Assembly: GCA_050012475.1 (NCBI GenBank)
Contig: JBEKHC010000018.1
Coordinates: forward strand, 1-61,645
Source: Candidatus Velthaea sp.
GTDB taxonomy: Bacteria > Vulcanimicrobiota > Vulcanimicrobiia > Vulcanimicrobiales > Vulcanimicrobiaceae
Direction: 5' to 3'
DNA: 61,645 nucleotides
In this document: one piece after another, positions 27,079 to 36,552 of the stretch
Numbering within the stretch: position 1 is the stretch's first letter
How the letters are laid out: each line of letters begins with the position of its first letter
Position numbers and translations under genes: made by a program
The notes under the pieces: generated by a model
Seen by the model: the letters and a program-made list of their open reading frames with translations, nothing else
Told to the model about the DNA's origin: nothing
Database searches by the model: none

Positions 27079-27621
27079 TCAGCCGGCTTCGTCGGCTTCC
27101 GCCGAGCCGTGCTTGTGTTTGGTCAAGTAGAGCGCGACAGCGATGAGCGCGATGCCGATCGCGAGATAGAGCAGATCTAATGCGGTGCGCGGCGTCGATT
27201 CGAGCGCGTACTCGAAATAGCGCACGATCAGAATGAGGAACACGACCTTCGCCAGGCGCTCTTTGAGATCGTCGAGGCTGCGAATGAGCAGCAGACGGGC
27301 GGCGATCGTCGAGTTTTCGATCGCGTCGATCTTGTTGATGAAAAGTTCGTACAACCCCAAGGCGAAGATGATGAGGATCGTCGCAAAGAGATAGCCGTCG
27401 ACGATTTCGGCGACGTGCGATACGACGCTGGCGTGCATTTTGTCGCGCGCCACGGCGTCGAGGACCGGGTAGTGCAGCACCTCCCGGCTCAGAAAATACG
27501 CGTCGGTCGTGGCGACGTAGAACATGACGAACGATACGACCAGACTCGCGATCACCGCGACGAGGGTCACGAGGCGGCTGCTCCAAAGCAGCTTCTCAAA
27601 GCTGCGTTCGACGGCTCTCAT
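27079..27621 (-). CDS. YqhA/UPF0114 family membrane protein
   Basis: FEKLLWSSR, IFALGLYELFI, SLDDLKERLAKV. Confidence 0.85.
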   Translation of the reverse strand: MRAVERSFEKLLWSSRLVTLVAVIASLVVSFVMFYVATTDAYFLSREVLHYPVLDAVARDKMHASVVSHVAEIVDGYLFATILIIFALGLYELFINKIDAIENSTIAARLLLIRSLDDLKERLAKVVFLILIVRYFEYALESTPRTALDLLYLAIGIALIAVALYLTKHKHGSAEADEAG

Positions 27622-27628
27622 CACGCTT

Positions 27629-28198
27629 TCACCGTCCCGGATCGATGAGCTGCTCGAACCGGTCGCGCAACGCCGCGAACGCAAGCGGCTCGGCGACGTC
27701 GGTCGCCGGCGGTCGTAACGTGCGCTGCCACCACGCAGTGTCGTGCCACGCCCCGAATTTGTAGCCGACATTGCGATAGACGCCGACAGGTTCGAAGCCC
27801 AAAGCGCGATGCAAGCCGATGCTGGCTTCGTTGGGCAGCGTGATGCCCGCGAACGCGTTATAATATCGCTGCGCGCGCAAGATCGCAAAGAGCGCTTGGT
27901 ACAGGCGCCGGCCGATGCCGCCCCGGCGCCCCTGCTCGGCCACGTACACCGAAACGTCGACGGACCAGCGATACGCCGCCCGCGCGCGGTGCTGCGCGGC
28001 GTAGGCGTAGCCGAGAACGCTGCCGTTGCTGGCGATCAGCCACGGCCACTGCTCCTCGGCCGCCGCGATGCGCCGCGCGATCTCCGCGGCGTCGGGTGCG
28101 GCGACCTCGAATGAGATCGTAGTGCGCTCGACGATCGGTGCATAGATGGCCGCGATCCCTGCCGCATCGCCGGCCGTGACGATGCGCAGCGCGGTCAC
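27629..28198 (-). CDS. GNAT acetyltransferase, phosphinothricin/arsinothricin acetyltransferase-like
   Basis: ISFE, RAAYRWSVDVSVYV, NEASIGLH, GYKFGAWHD. Confidence 0.9.
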   Translation of the reverse strand: MTALRIVTAGDAAGIAAIYAPIVERTTISFEVAAPDAAEIARRIAAAEEQWPWLIASNGSVLGYAYAAQHRARAAYRWSVDVSVYVAEQGRRGGIGRRLYQALFAILRAQRYYNAFAGITLPNEASIGLHRALGFEPVGVYRNVGYKFGAWHDTAWWQRTLRPPATDVAEPLAFAALRDRFEQLIDPGR

Positions 28199-28232
28199 CG
28201 CGGGCGAGCCGTCGCGGGCGAGCGCAACTGCA

Positions 28233-29246
28233 TCAGCGCCCGATGCGCGTGCGCAGGCCGACGACCGCCAGCAAACCGACGTTACGATCCGATAAGCCGC
28301 CGCGTCCGCCCACGTAGCTCGACGTATAGTTCAAATAGCGCAGTCCGATGATCGCCTCGCTGTGCGTTCCGATGGAATGCACGTACCGCACGCCGGTATC
28401 GATCTGTCCGGCTTTCTCGGGGTTGATCCGCGGCGCGTACTGCGCCACGTCGTACGTGGTGTATTGCGTGCCGACCATCGCGGGAGCGTAGTTGAAAACG
28501 GCCTCGAACCGGCCGGCGTGATACGGCACGGCGTACCCGGCTTGATACGTCAAGCCGGTAACGCGCGAGAATTGCCGTTCACCCGTGCCGGCGATCTCGA
28601 CGGGATCGAGATAATGCGTCGACTGGTTGTACAGTGTTTGGCCGATGCCGGCGCTGAAACGGTGCAGCGGGTCCCACACGCGCAACATTCCGGTGAAGAC
28701 CGACAATTGGGTCGACGTGCGGCCTTGCGTGATGTCGTCCGAGCGCACCGAGGCGACTCCCGGCAAGCCGCTCAGGTCGAGTTCGAACGGTCCGTAGCGT
28801 TCGCGAAACTCGATGAGCGGAATGGGGACCGGCGGCACGTGGACGCGGTCGTTGAAGCTCTCGTGCAGACCGTAGAGCACCGGATTGAGCGTGAGGCCGA
28901 GGTCGGCCGACGCCTCGTCGGCGCGCGCGGTTGAAGAGACGCTCGTCCCGAGCGCGCAGATCGCGAGGAGGACCGCCGGCAGCCGGCGCGGGCGCTTTTT
29001 CGGACGCTCGTCCGCAACGCAGACCGTGAGGGCTTTCCCGTCCAGCGAAAAACCGGAAAAAACGTCGATCGCGGCCCGGGCGCGCTCGGCATCGGGAATT
29101 TCGACGTAAGCGAAGCCTTTGCGGCGGCGCGTGCGGCGGTCGCGCGGCAGAACGACTCCGGTTTCATTCGCTCCAAACTGCCGGAAGAGCCGAACGATGT
29201 CGTCCTTGTTCGCCCTCTGCGGCAGGCCGCCGACGAAGATGCGCAT
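28233..29246 (-). CDS. RRM RNA-binding domain + internal signal peptide + beta-barrel-like domain
   Basis: RNP2 IFVGGL, RNP1 KGFAYVEI; RPKKRPRR-LPAVLLAICALG-TSVSSTARA/D; alternating amphipathic strands to the C-terminus. Confidence 0.8.
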   Translation of the reverse strand: MRIFVGGLPQRANKDDIVRLFRQFGANETGVVLPRDRRTRRRKGFAYVEIPDAERARAAIDVFSGFSLDGKALTVCVADERPKKRPRRLPAVLLAICALGTSVSSTARADEASADLGLTLNPVLYGLHESFNDRVHVPPVPIPLIEFRERYGPFELDLSGLPGVASVRSDDITQGRTSTQLSVFTGMLRVWDPLHRFSAGIGQTLYNQSTHYLDPVEIAGTGERQFSRVTGLTYQAGYAVPYHAGRFEAVFNYAPAMVGTQYTTYDVAQYAPRINPEKAGQIDTGVRYVHSIGTHSEAIIGLRYLNYTSSYVGGRGGLSDRNVGLLAVVGLRTRIGR

Positions 29247-29645
29247 TCCTCAACGTCAATGGGATACGCGGCGTGCCTCTCCCTTTGTCGGGCTCCGGCT
29301 CCGCAGAGTCAGGAGGCATGCCGCGGTCGCGATCTTCCTGTCGTGGCACGTTCGCGGCTCGAGTCACTCTTTGTCCGCACTAGGACATTCTGCTCTTGTT
29401 AATCTAGGGGCAAGCGGCGATCATCGGTTGCACTACGGAGTGAACGCTTGTTCCGGCTGTATCCCTAGGCCAGCGGCCTGTCCGCCTTTTTGCTGGCCGG
29501 ATGCGTACCGGCGCCTTCGGCTTCGCGGTCTTTTTCAGTCGTGCTTTTCGTCCGAAAGGCGCTTGGTTCGGGACGATCGCGTACGGTTCTTGGGCTGACC
29601 CGATGCGGCGTATCGATCGCTTCCAGGCGATGGAGAGTTCAGGGT

Positions 29646-32600
29646 ATGCGCATCGACTTCTTCCGGCGGTCCCTCATCATTGCGTGGGTCGTCGCGTTCG
29701 TTGGTGCGAACGCGCTCGCGGTCCCCAGTTCAGCAGCTGGCGTGATGCCGCGCGGGGCGCAGATCGTCAGCGGCGCAAGCAGCGCCGTTGACACGCGTCT
29801 GGGTGTGAACCTCGACGATCTGGCGCAAACCGGAAGCGTCGTCTTCACCGACGCCATGAAACAAGCCGCGCCGTGGACGAGCGATCGCGCGCTGTCGCTC
29901 GATGCGAACGGCAATGTCACCCAGCTCGCGCCCGGGCAAGTTGCGCAAACGCTCATCTACCCGTATGCGGTGTATCCGTCGGGCGATTACACCCTGCTCT
30001 ATGACGGACGCGGAACGATCGACATCGATCCGCAATCGGGAACCATCACGCGCGTCGCCGCCGGCCGCGCCGTCGTGCACGTCGCGGCGCGTCTCGGCTA
30101 CGGCATCCGCTTGCAATTGAGCGCGACGGATCCCGCCAACTACGTCCGCAACGTGCGGCTCGTCGTCCCAGGCTTCGAGTCGGCTTATCAAAATCAACCC
30201 TTCGCGCCCGCGTTTCTTTCCCGGCTGTCGGGCTTCAACGTCTTGCGATTCGTCCACTGGTCGCACGGCGACACCTCCGCCGTGCCGCTGACCTGGCCGA
30301 TGCGGCCGGCGGTTGCTGCCTTCACCCAAGCCGGCTCCGCCGGTGTGGCTTGGGAGTACCAAATCGCCCTGGCCAACGCCGTGGGCGCCGATGCCTGGTT
30401 CGTCGTGCCCGCCGGCGCGACGAACTTCTACGTGACGCAGCTTGCGGCGCTCGTGCACGCGCGTCTCGATCCGCGTCTGCATGCCATGTTCGAATACGCC
30501 GACGGCGCTTGGCGGCCCGGCTCGCCGGCCAACGGCTATGCCGTGATGGCCGGCCGCAATTTCCATTTGGCGTCCGATGCGCAAAGCGCCGCGCTGGCCT
30601 GGTACGGCGCTCGTTCGAGCCAGATCTACGCGCTGGTCAGCGAAGTTTTCGGCGCGGATGCCGGGCGCATCGTGCGCGTTTTGGGCGGCGCTGCGGCGTT
30701 GCCGCGCTCGCCGGCTGAAAGCGTCGATCGCACGATCTTCGCGGCGGCAGGCGCCGCGCAGCACGCCGACGCCTTCGCCGTCGATACCACCGGCGCGGCC
30801 CCTGCCGCGATCGCGAACACGCATGCGCTGCTGGCCGGAACGCGCATCGAGCTCATCGCATCCGGCGGTGCGGCCGCGTTTACCAGCGCGCAGAATGTCG
30901 CCCCGGCAACGCGCGCGCAGCTCGATGCCTGGCGGACGGCCGGGGGCGGTTTGTTTGCGGCGAGTTCGGTCAACGGCGCGTTCGCCGCGGCCGGGCTGCT
31001 GAGCCGGTTGTCCGTCGCGCTTGAAGCGCAAGTCGACGCGTTGCGTTCCGCTGCCCTTGCCGCGTACGCGCAGCTCCATCCCACCGCGCACCTGACCCCG
31101 CTTCCGCTCGCAGCGCAGAGCGTGCTGGCGCCGATCGTGCACCCCAACACCTACGTGCCGAGCGCAACGGCGAAAAAGGCGCTGGCCGTCACCGCGGCGG
31201 CCGGAACCGACGTCCTCGCAATCAACGCCGGCGGTCCGGCGACCGGAAATTTCGCCGCCGACGAGTTCTTCAGCACGGCCGATACGTGGACGTACACGAC
31301 CACGACGGCGGTCGCGACGGCCGGCGTTACGAACGCAGCGCCGGCGGCCGTCTATCAGACGCAGCGCACCGGCGTCTTCACCTACACGCTGCCGAACCTG
31401 ACCGCGGGCACCGCATATACCGTGCGGCTGCATTTTGCGGAACTGTACTTCAAGGCTGCGTCCCAGCGGGTCTTCAACGTCAGCGTCAACGGCGCGAGCG
31501 CCGTCACGAACCTAGATGTCTTCAGCGCGGCAGGCGGCGCGAACAAGGCGCTGGTCGAGAACATCAACGCAACGGCCAACGCGGCGGGCCAAATCGTGAT
31601 CGCTTTCTCGGCGGTCACCAACAACCCGATCGTCAACGGCATCGAAATCGTCGCCGGCAGCGGCGGAGCGACACCCACGCCGACGCCCACCGCAACCGCG
31701 ACACCGATTTCGGGCTCTGACGTGGTGGCCATCAACGCCGGCGGCCCGGCAACGGGCACCTTCGCCGCCGACGAGGACTTCACGTCGGTCAGCACCTGGA
31801 CGTTTACCACCGCGACGACGGTCGCCACGGCCGGGGTCACCAATCCGGCGCCGGAGGCCGTGTATCAATCGCAGCGCGCCGGTACCTTCGGCTATACGAT
31901 TCCTGGTCTGACGGCTGGGGCGACCTACACGCTGCGCCTGCATTTCGCGGAGTTGTACTTTAACGCCGCGGGCCAGCGGGTCTTCAACGTCAGCGTCAAC
32001 GGTGCGAGCGCCTTGACGAATCTCGATGTGTTCGCGACCGCCGGCGGTTCGTTCAAAGCGCTTGTCGAGAATCTCTCGGCCACCGCGAACAGCGCGGGGC
32101 AGATCGTGATAACGTTCTCGGCGGTCACCAATAACCCGATCGTCAACGGCATCGAAGTGCAAACCGGCGGCGGCGGCGGTGGACCGACGCCGACGCCGAC
32201 CCCGACCGTCGCGCCGACGGCGACCCCGGCGGGATCGCCGGCCGACGTGCCCCAGTACCATAACAACACCGGGCGCACGGGCTGGAACTCGTCGGAAACC
32301 ATCCTGAACACGACCAACGTCGCGTCGTCGAAGTTCGGGCTGCGGCAAGTCCTCACCGTCGACGGGCTGGTGATGGCGCAGCCCTTATATATCGCGAACT
32401 ATCCGGTCAACGGCGCCAATCACAACGTGCTCGTGGTTGCTACCGAGCACAACTCGGTCTACGCCTTCGACGCCGATAGCGGCGCCGTGTTGTGGCAGTA
32501 TTCCTTCGGCGTGACGCAATCGTCGTCCACCGATGTGGGCTGCAGCGATATCGAGCCGGAGCTCGGCATCACCAGCACACCCGCCATCGACCGCTCGACC

Positions 32601-33767
32601 GGGACCATCTACGCGGTGTACGCGAGCAAGACGGCATCGGGAACGTTGACCACCAACGTCGGCGCGCTCGATCTGGGCAGCGGCACGGTGAAGATCCCGG
32701 CTGTGCGAATCGCAGCATCGGCGACCCTGAGCAACGGGTCGGTCGTGAGTTACAACGACACGCAGGAAATGCAGCGGGCCTCGGTGCTCTTGGCAAACGG
32801 TTCGATCTATCTCGGGTTCGGCTCGCATTGCGATTACGGCTTGACGACGAATTCCGGCTGGCTGATGCGCTACGCCGAATCGAACCTCGCCCAGCTGGCG
32901 GCGTTCAATACCATCGAGGACGGCGTGAGCGCCGGCGGCACCGAGTTGGGCTCGATCTGGGGCTCCGGCTTCGGGCCTTCGGCCGATGCTGCGGGCAACA
33001 TCTACACCGTCACCGGGAACGGCGCGTTCGACGCCAGCAGCGGCGGACACAATTACGGCATGAGCGTGCTGAAATTCTCGCCCACGCTGGCCGGCGGTCC
33101 CATCGACTGGTTCGCCTATAAGAACGAAGCGGCCGACAGCGACAACGACGACGATTTCGGCTCGGGCGGGTCGATGCTGTTGCCGCCGCAAGCCGGGAGC
33201 TTCCCCAACATTCTCGTGCAGATGGGCAAGACCGACAACATCTATTTGCTCAACCAGAACAACTTGGGCCACTTCTCGACGACCGATGCGGGCGCGCTGC
33301 AAGTATTCTTCCCGGGCGCCGACTCGACCAACGAAGGCGTGTGGGGCGGCGGTGCGTATTACAACGGACCGAATGGGCCGACGGTCTTCTACCAAGCCAG
33401 TGAAAGCGTGATGCGCGCCTTCAAGCTCACTACCGGCAGCGGCAATCCGCAGCTGAGCGTGAGTTCGCAAGGAACCGTTCAGCCGTACGATTTCGGCGGC
33501 ACCATTCCGGTCGTCTCGTCCAACGGCAGCGCGGCGGGCAGCGGCATCGTCTGGACAATCGACTCACCGTATAACGCGAGCGCGACGATTGCCGCGCTCA
33601 AGCTCGAAGCGTACGACGCGAGCAACGTTGCGACCCATCTGTTCTCAGCGTCGTCGGGCAGCTGGTCGCATGCGAAGACCAATACGTTCATCACGCCGCT
33701 GGTGTCGAACGGGAAAGTCTACGCTGGTGGTTACAAAACCGTGTACGTCTTCGGTCTAACGCCGTGA
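29646..33767 (+). CDS. Large secreted protein: glycoside-hydrolase-like domain, two malectin domains, PQQ-type beta-propeller
   Basis: Signal peptide; AINAGG...VRLHFAELY...RVFNV...NGIE twice; PT linkers; YHNNTGRTG, GITSTP, DFGSGG. Confidence 0.85.
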   Translation: MRIDFFRRSLIIAWVVAFVGANALAVPSSAAGVMPRGAQIVSGASSAVDTRLGVNLDDLAQTGSVVFTDAMKQAAPWTSDRALSLDANGNVTQLAPGQVAQTLIYPYAVYPSGDYTLLYDGRGTIDIDPQSGTITRVAAGRAVVHVAARLGYGIRLQLSATDPANYVRNVRLVVPGFESAYQNQPFAPAFLSRLSGFNVLRFVHWSHGDTSAVPLTWPMRPAVAAFTQAGSAGVAWEYQIALANAVGADAWFVVPAGATNFYVTQLAALVHARLDPRLHAMFEYADGAWRPGSPANGYAVMAGRNFHLASDAQSAALAWYGARSSQIYALVSEVFGADAGRIVRVLGGAAALPRSPAESVDRTIFAAAGAAQHADAFAVDTTGAAPAAIANTHALLAGTRIELIASGGAAAFTSAQNVAPATRAQLDAWRTAGGGLFAASSVNGAFAAAGLLSRLSVALEAQVDALRSAALAAYAQLHPTAHLTPLPLAAQSVLAPIVHPNTYVPSATAKKALAVTAAAGTDVLAINAGGPATGNFAADEFFSTADTWTYTTTTAVATAGVTNAAPAAVYQTQRTGVFTYTLPNLTAGTAYTVRLHFAELYFKAASQRVFNVSVNGASAVTNLDVFSAAGGANKALVENINATANAAGQIVIAFSAVTNNPIVNGIEIVAGSGGATPTPTPTATATPISGSDVVAINAGGPATGTFAADEDFTSVSTWTFTTATTVATAGVTNPAPEAVYQSQRAGTFGYTIPGLTAGATYTLRLHFAELYFNAAGQRVFNVSVNGASALTNLDVFATAGGSFKALVENLSATANSAGQIVITFSAVTNNPIVNGIEVQTGGGGGGPTPTPTPTVAPTATPAGSPADVPQYHNNTGRTGWNSSETILNTTNVASSKFGLRQVLTVDGLVMAQPLYIANYPVNGANHNVLVVATEHNSVYAFDADSGAVLWQYSFGVTQSSSTDVGCSDIEPELGITSTPAIDRSTGTIYAVYASKTASGTLTTNVGALDLGSGTVKIPAVRIAASATLSNGSVVSYNDTQEMQRASVLLANGSIYLGFGSHCDYGLTTNSGWLMRYAESNLAQLAAFNTIEDGVSAGGTELGSIWGSGFGPSADAAGNIYTVTGNGAFDASSGGHNYGMSVLKFSPTLAGGPIDWFAYKNEAADSDNDDDFGSGGSMLLPPQAGSFPNILVQMGKTDNIYLLNQNNLGHFSTTDAGALQVFFPGADSTNEGVWGGGAYYNGPNGPTVFYQASESVMRAFKLTTGSGNPQLSVSSQGTVQPYDFGGTIPVVSSNGSAAGSGIVWTIDSPYNASATIAALKLEAYDASNVATHLFSASSGSWSHAKTNTFITPLVSNGKVYAGGYKTVYVFGLTP
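31209..32156 (+). repeat. Intragenic tandem duplication of a malectin domain (31209-31646 and 31719-32156)
   Basis: Highly similar units at a 510-nt offset. Confidence 0.9.
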
Positions 33768-33775
33768 GGAATATC

Positions 33776-34099
33776 ATGCACAATCGCGGGTCATTTCTGG
33801 TCGCCGCCGGAGCGTTCGCGGCGAGCGCGGTTCCGCTCGCGGCGATGGCCGCTCCGGCGACGAACCGGGTCACGGGGGTCGTCGTTGCGGTCAGCAACAA
33901 CGCGCTGCTCCTGCAGAAGCGTGACGGCACGAAGCTCATGGTCGATCTGACGGAAGCGCGGGCCAAGTCGCGAGTTGGGGTGCTCGCGCCGGGGCGGGCC
34001 GTCGAAGTCTACGGGACGTATTTAGCCGATGGGACGTTCCATTGCGTTGCCACCGGACACGCCGCGCAGATCGTCCGCTCCTGGCAGCCGGATCGGTAA
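33776..34099 (+). CDS. Small secreted OB-fold-like protein
   Basis: GAGGA SD; signal peptide; VTGVVVAV...GRAVEVYG. Confidence 0.75.
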   Translation: MHNRGSFLVAAGAFAASAVPLAAMAAPATNRVTGVVVAVSNNALLLQKRDGTKLMVDLTEARAKSRVGVLAPGRAVEVYGTYLADGTFHCVATGHAAQIVRSWQPDR

Positions 34100-34121
34100 C
34101 GGTCCGGGTGCCGCCTGACGC

Positions 34122-35216
34122 TTACGGCGTTGGGCGGTCGCGGAACGCCGGCCAATCGCCGGCTTCGATGGCGGCGCGGGCCTGCGTCATGAGCGCGTCG
34201 AGCATGAAAACGTTGTGATACGACACTAAGCGCATTCCCAACAGTTCCCGCGCGCGAAAGAGATGCGCGAGGTAGGCCCGGCTGTACGTCGCGCAAACTT
34301 CGCACGCGCAGACCGGATCGAGCGGCGTGTAGTCGCGCGTGAACCCGGCGTTGTGCAGGTTCAATTCGCCGGCTCGCGTGAGCGCGCGGCCGTGGCGGCC
34401 CGAACGCGTCGGATAGACGCAGTCGAACATGTCGATGCCGCAATCGATGCCGGCGATCAAATCGCGAACCGTCCCGACGCCCATGAGATAGCGCGGCTTC
34501 GCCGTGGGCAGCAGCGCGGCGGTGAACCGCGCCATGCGCACCATCTCCTCGCGCGTCTCGCCGACCGACAAACCGCCGATCGCATAGCCGCTGACGTCGA
34601 GGGTGACGAGATTGGCCGCACTGCGCATGCGCGCGCGTTCGTCCAGCGCGCCCTGGACGATCGCGAACAGCGCGGTCGGGCCGCGGCGCCAAACGTCGGC
34701 CGCCCGCCGTGCCCACAGGCTCGTCCGCCGCACCGAGTCGTCGACGGCCGCCGCGGACGCCGGAAGTTTGATGCACTCGTCGAGCACCATGGCGATATCC
34801 ACACCCAACTCTTCCTGAAACGCGATCACGTTTTCGGGCGTGAACCGGTGGCTGCTGCCATCGATATGCGAACGGAAGGTGACCCCGTCATCGTCGAGCG
34901 TCCGGCGCGACTCGAGGCTGAAGACCTGATAGCCGCCCGAATCGGTGAGGATCGGTCCGTCCCAGGCCATGAAGCGGTGCAACCCGCCGCCGGCAGCGAG
35001 CGTCTCACGCCCGGGCCGGAGCCAGAGGTGATAGGTGTTGGCCAAGATGATCTGCGCACCGGCTTCGCGCAGATCGCGCGGCGTGAGCGCTTTGACGGTC
35101 GCGGCCGTGCCGACCGGCATGAACGCCGGCGTCTCGACGGCGCCGTGCGCGAGCGTGAGCCGGCCTCGCCGGGCGTCGCCCGAAGTCGCCTGCAGGGCGA
35201 ACGCGAGCGAACTCAC
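34122..35216 (-). CDS. tgt: tRNA-guanine transglycosylase
   Basis: TPAFMPVGT, LTDSGGYQ, PRYLMGVG, DMFDCV, CACEVC zinc site. Confidence 0.96.
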   Translation of the reverse strand: MSSLAFALQATSGDARRGRLTLAHGAVETPAFMPVGTAATVKALTPRDLREAGAQIILANTYHLWLRPGRETLAAGGGLHRFMAWDGPILTDSGGYQVFSLESRRTLDDDGVTFRSHIDGSSHRFTPENVIAFQEELGVDIAMVLDECIKLPASAAAVDDSVRRTSLWARRAADVWRRGPTALFAIVQGALDERARMRSAANLVTLDVSGYAIGGLSVGETREEMVRMARFTAALLPTAKPRYLMGVGTVRDLIAGIDCGIDMFDCVYPTRSGRHGRALTRAGELNLHNAGFTRDYTPLDPVCACEVCATYSRAYLAHLFRARELLGMRLVSYHNVFMLDALMTQARAAIEAGDWPAFRDRPTP

Positions 35217-36109
35217 TCGCGCAGAAAGGCCAATGCCGCGAGATAGTCCGCCGGCGGCTCGACCTCGAAGGCCAAGAATTCTTTGGTCAGCGGATGTTTG
35301 AATTCGAGCTTCCAGGCGTGCAGCGCTTGTCCGGGCAGCGCGAGCCGCGAATCCGGGCGGCCGTAGAGCGGATCGTTCACGAGCGGATGACCCAGCGCCG
35401 CCAGGTGCACGCGAATCTGATGCGTCCGTCCGGTCTCGAGCCGAAACGCAAGTTCGGCGGCGTTGCGCAGCCGCTCGCGAACGGCGTAATGGGTCACCGC
35501 CGGTTTGCCGTCGCTGCGGATCGCGTACCGCATGCGGTTGCGCGCGTCGCGCCCGAGCGCGCCGCGAATCGTGCCCTCCGCATCGCGCGGGACGCCTTCG
35601 ACCAGCCCGCGATATTCGCGCTTGATGTAGCGCTTCTGCATCGCGCGCCCGAGCGTCGCCAGCGCGGCCTCGGTTTTCGCCGCGACGAGCAGACCGGACG
35701 TATCGCGATCGAGCCGATGGACCAAACCGCCGCGAACCGGTTCGCCCGGCAGCGAGCCGATACGCGCGAGCAGCGCGTTGACCAAGGTGTGGTCGGGCGA
35801 ACCATGCGCGGGATGCGAGACGAGCCCGGCGGGCTTGTTGACGACGATGAGGGTATCGTCCTCGAAGACGATGTCGAGCGGCAGCGCTTGCGGGCGGACC
35901 TCAAAGCTGGGCGGCGGCTCGATCGCAAAGCGCAGCAGGTCGCCGGCTTCGAGGATCCGGCTGGGTTTGGCGACCGTGCCGTTGACGTCGACGGCACCGC
36001 CTTTGATCGCGTGCGCCACGTAACTGCGCGAAAGCCCGGTCAGGCGCGTGACGAGAACGTCGGTCCGCGTGCCGACGTCGGCGGGATCGACGCGGACTTC
36101 GGTTACGAT
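35213..36109 (-). CDS. rluD: RluA/RluD family pseudouridine synthase with S4 domain; probable ATC start
   Basis: NKPAGL, HRLDRDTSG, TGRTHQIR, QALHA. Confidence 0.9.
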   Translation of the reverse strand: MVTEVRVDPADVGTRTDVLVTRLTGLSRSYVAHAIKGGAVDVNGTVAKPSRILEAGDLLRFAIEPPPSFEVRPQALPLDIVFEDDTLIVVNKPAGLVSHPAHGSPDHTLVNALLARIGSLPGEPVRGGLVHRLDRDTSGLLVAAKTEAALATLGRAMQKRYIKREYRGLVEGVPRDAEGTIRGALGRDARNRMRYAIRSDGKPAVTHYAVRERLRNAAELAFRLETGRTHQIRVHLAALGHPLVNDPLYGRPDSRLALPGQALHAWKLEFKHPLTKEFLAFEVEPPADYLAALAFLRE

Positions 36110-36552
36110 CGGCGTTCCTCGCGCCGCAGCGACGAGACGATCAGCAAGAACACGCCGATCGTGATGCACGAATCGGCCACGTTGAAGACGTTGGGCCAGA
36201 TCGTCTTGAAATCGATGAAATCGACGACGAACTGCTGCTGCACGCGATCGACGATGTTCCCCGCGGCGCCGCCGACGATCGCACCGAACGCGACGCGCAC
36301 GACGAGCGAGCGCTGCGCGGCGTCGCGGAACGCAAACGCGAACAGGGCCAAGACCGCTAACGCCAAGACGATGAGCAGCATCGGCGAACTGCCGAACAAT
36401 CCGAACGCACCGTGGGTGTTCTGCACGTAGGTCCACCACAGCAGGTGCGGGATCACGATCCGGCTTTCGCCCGGCATGAACGACGCCAAGATGAGATGTT
36501 TGGTGAATCGATCGAGGATGAACACGACGATCGCGACGACCCAGAGTATCAC
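36103..36552 (-). CDS. lspA: Lipoprotein signal peptidase II
   Basis: NTHGAFG, GNIVDR, VVDFI, FNVAD. Confidence 0.94.
   Translation of the reverse strand: MILWVVAIVVFILDRFTKHLILASFMPGESRIVIPHLLWWTYVQNTHGAFGLFGSSPMLLIVLALAVLALFAFAFRDAAQRSLVVRVAFGAIVGGAAGNIVDRVQQQFVVDFIDFKTIWPNVFNVADSCITIGVFLLIVSSLRREERRS

Noticed and set aside
34122..35216. DpdA-type DNA-modifying TGT paralogue
   Set aside because: Canonical tRNA TGT motifs in a housekeeping operon with no dpd genes
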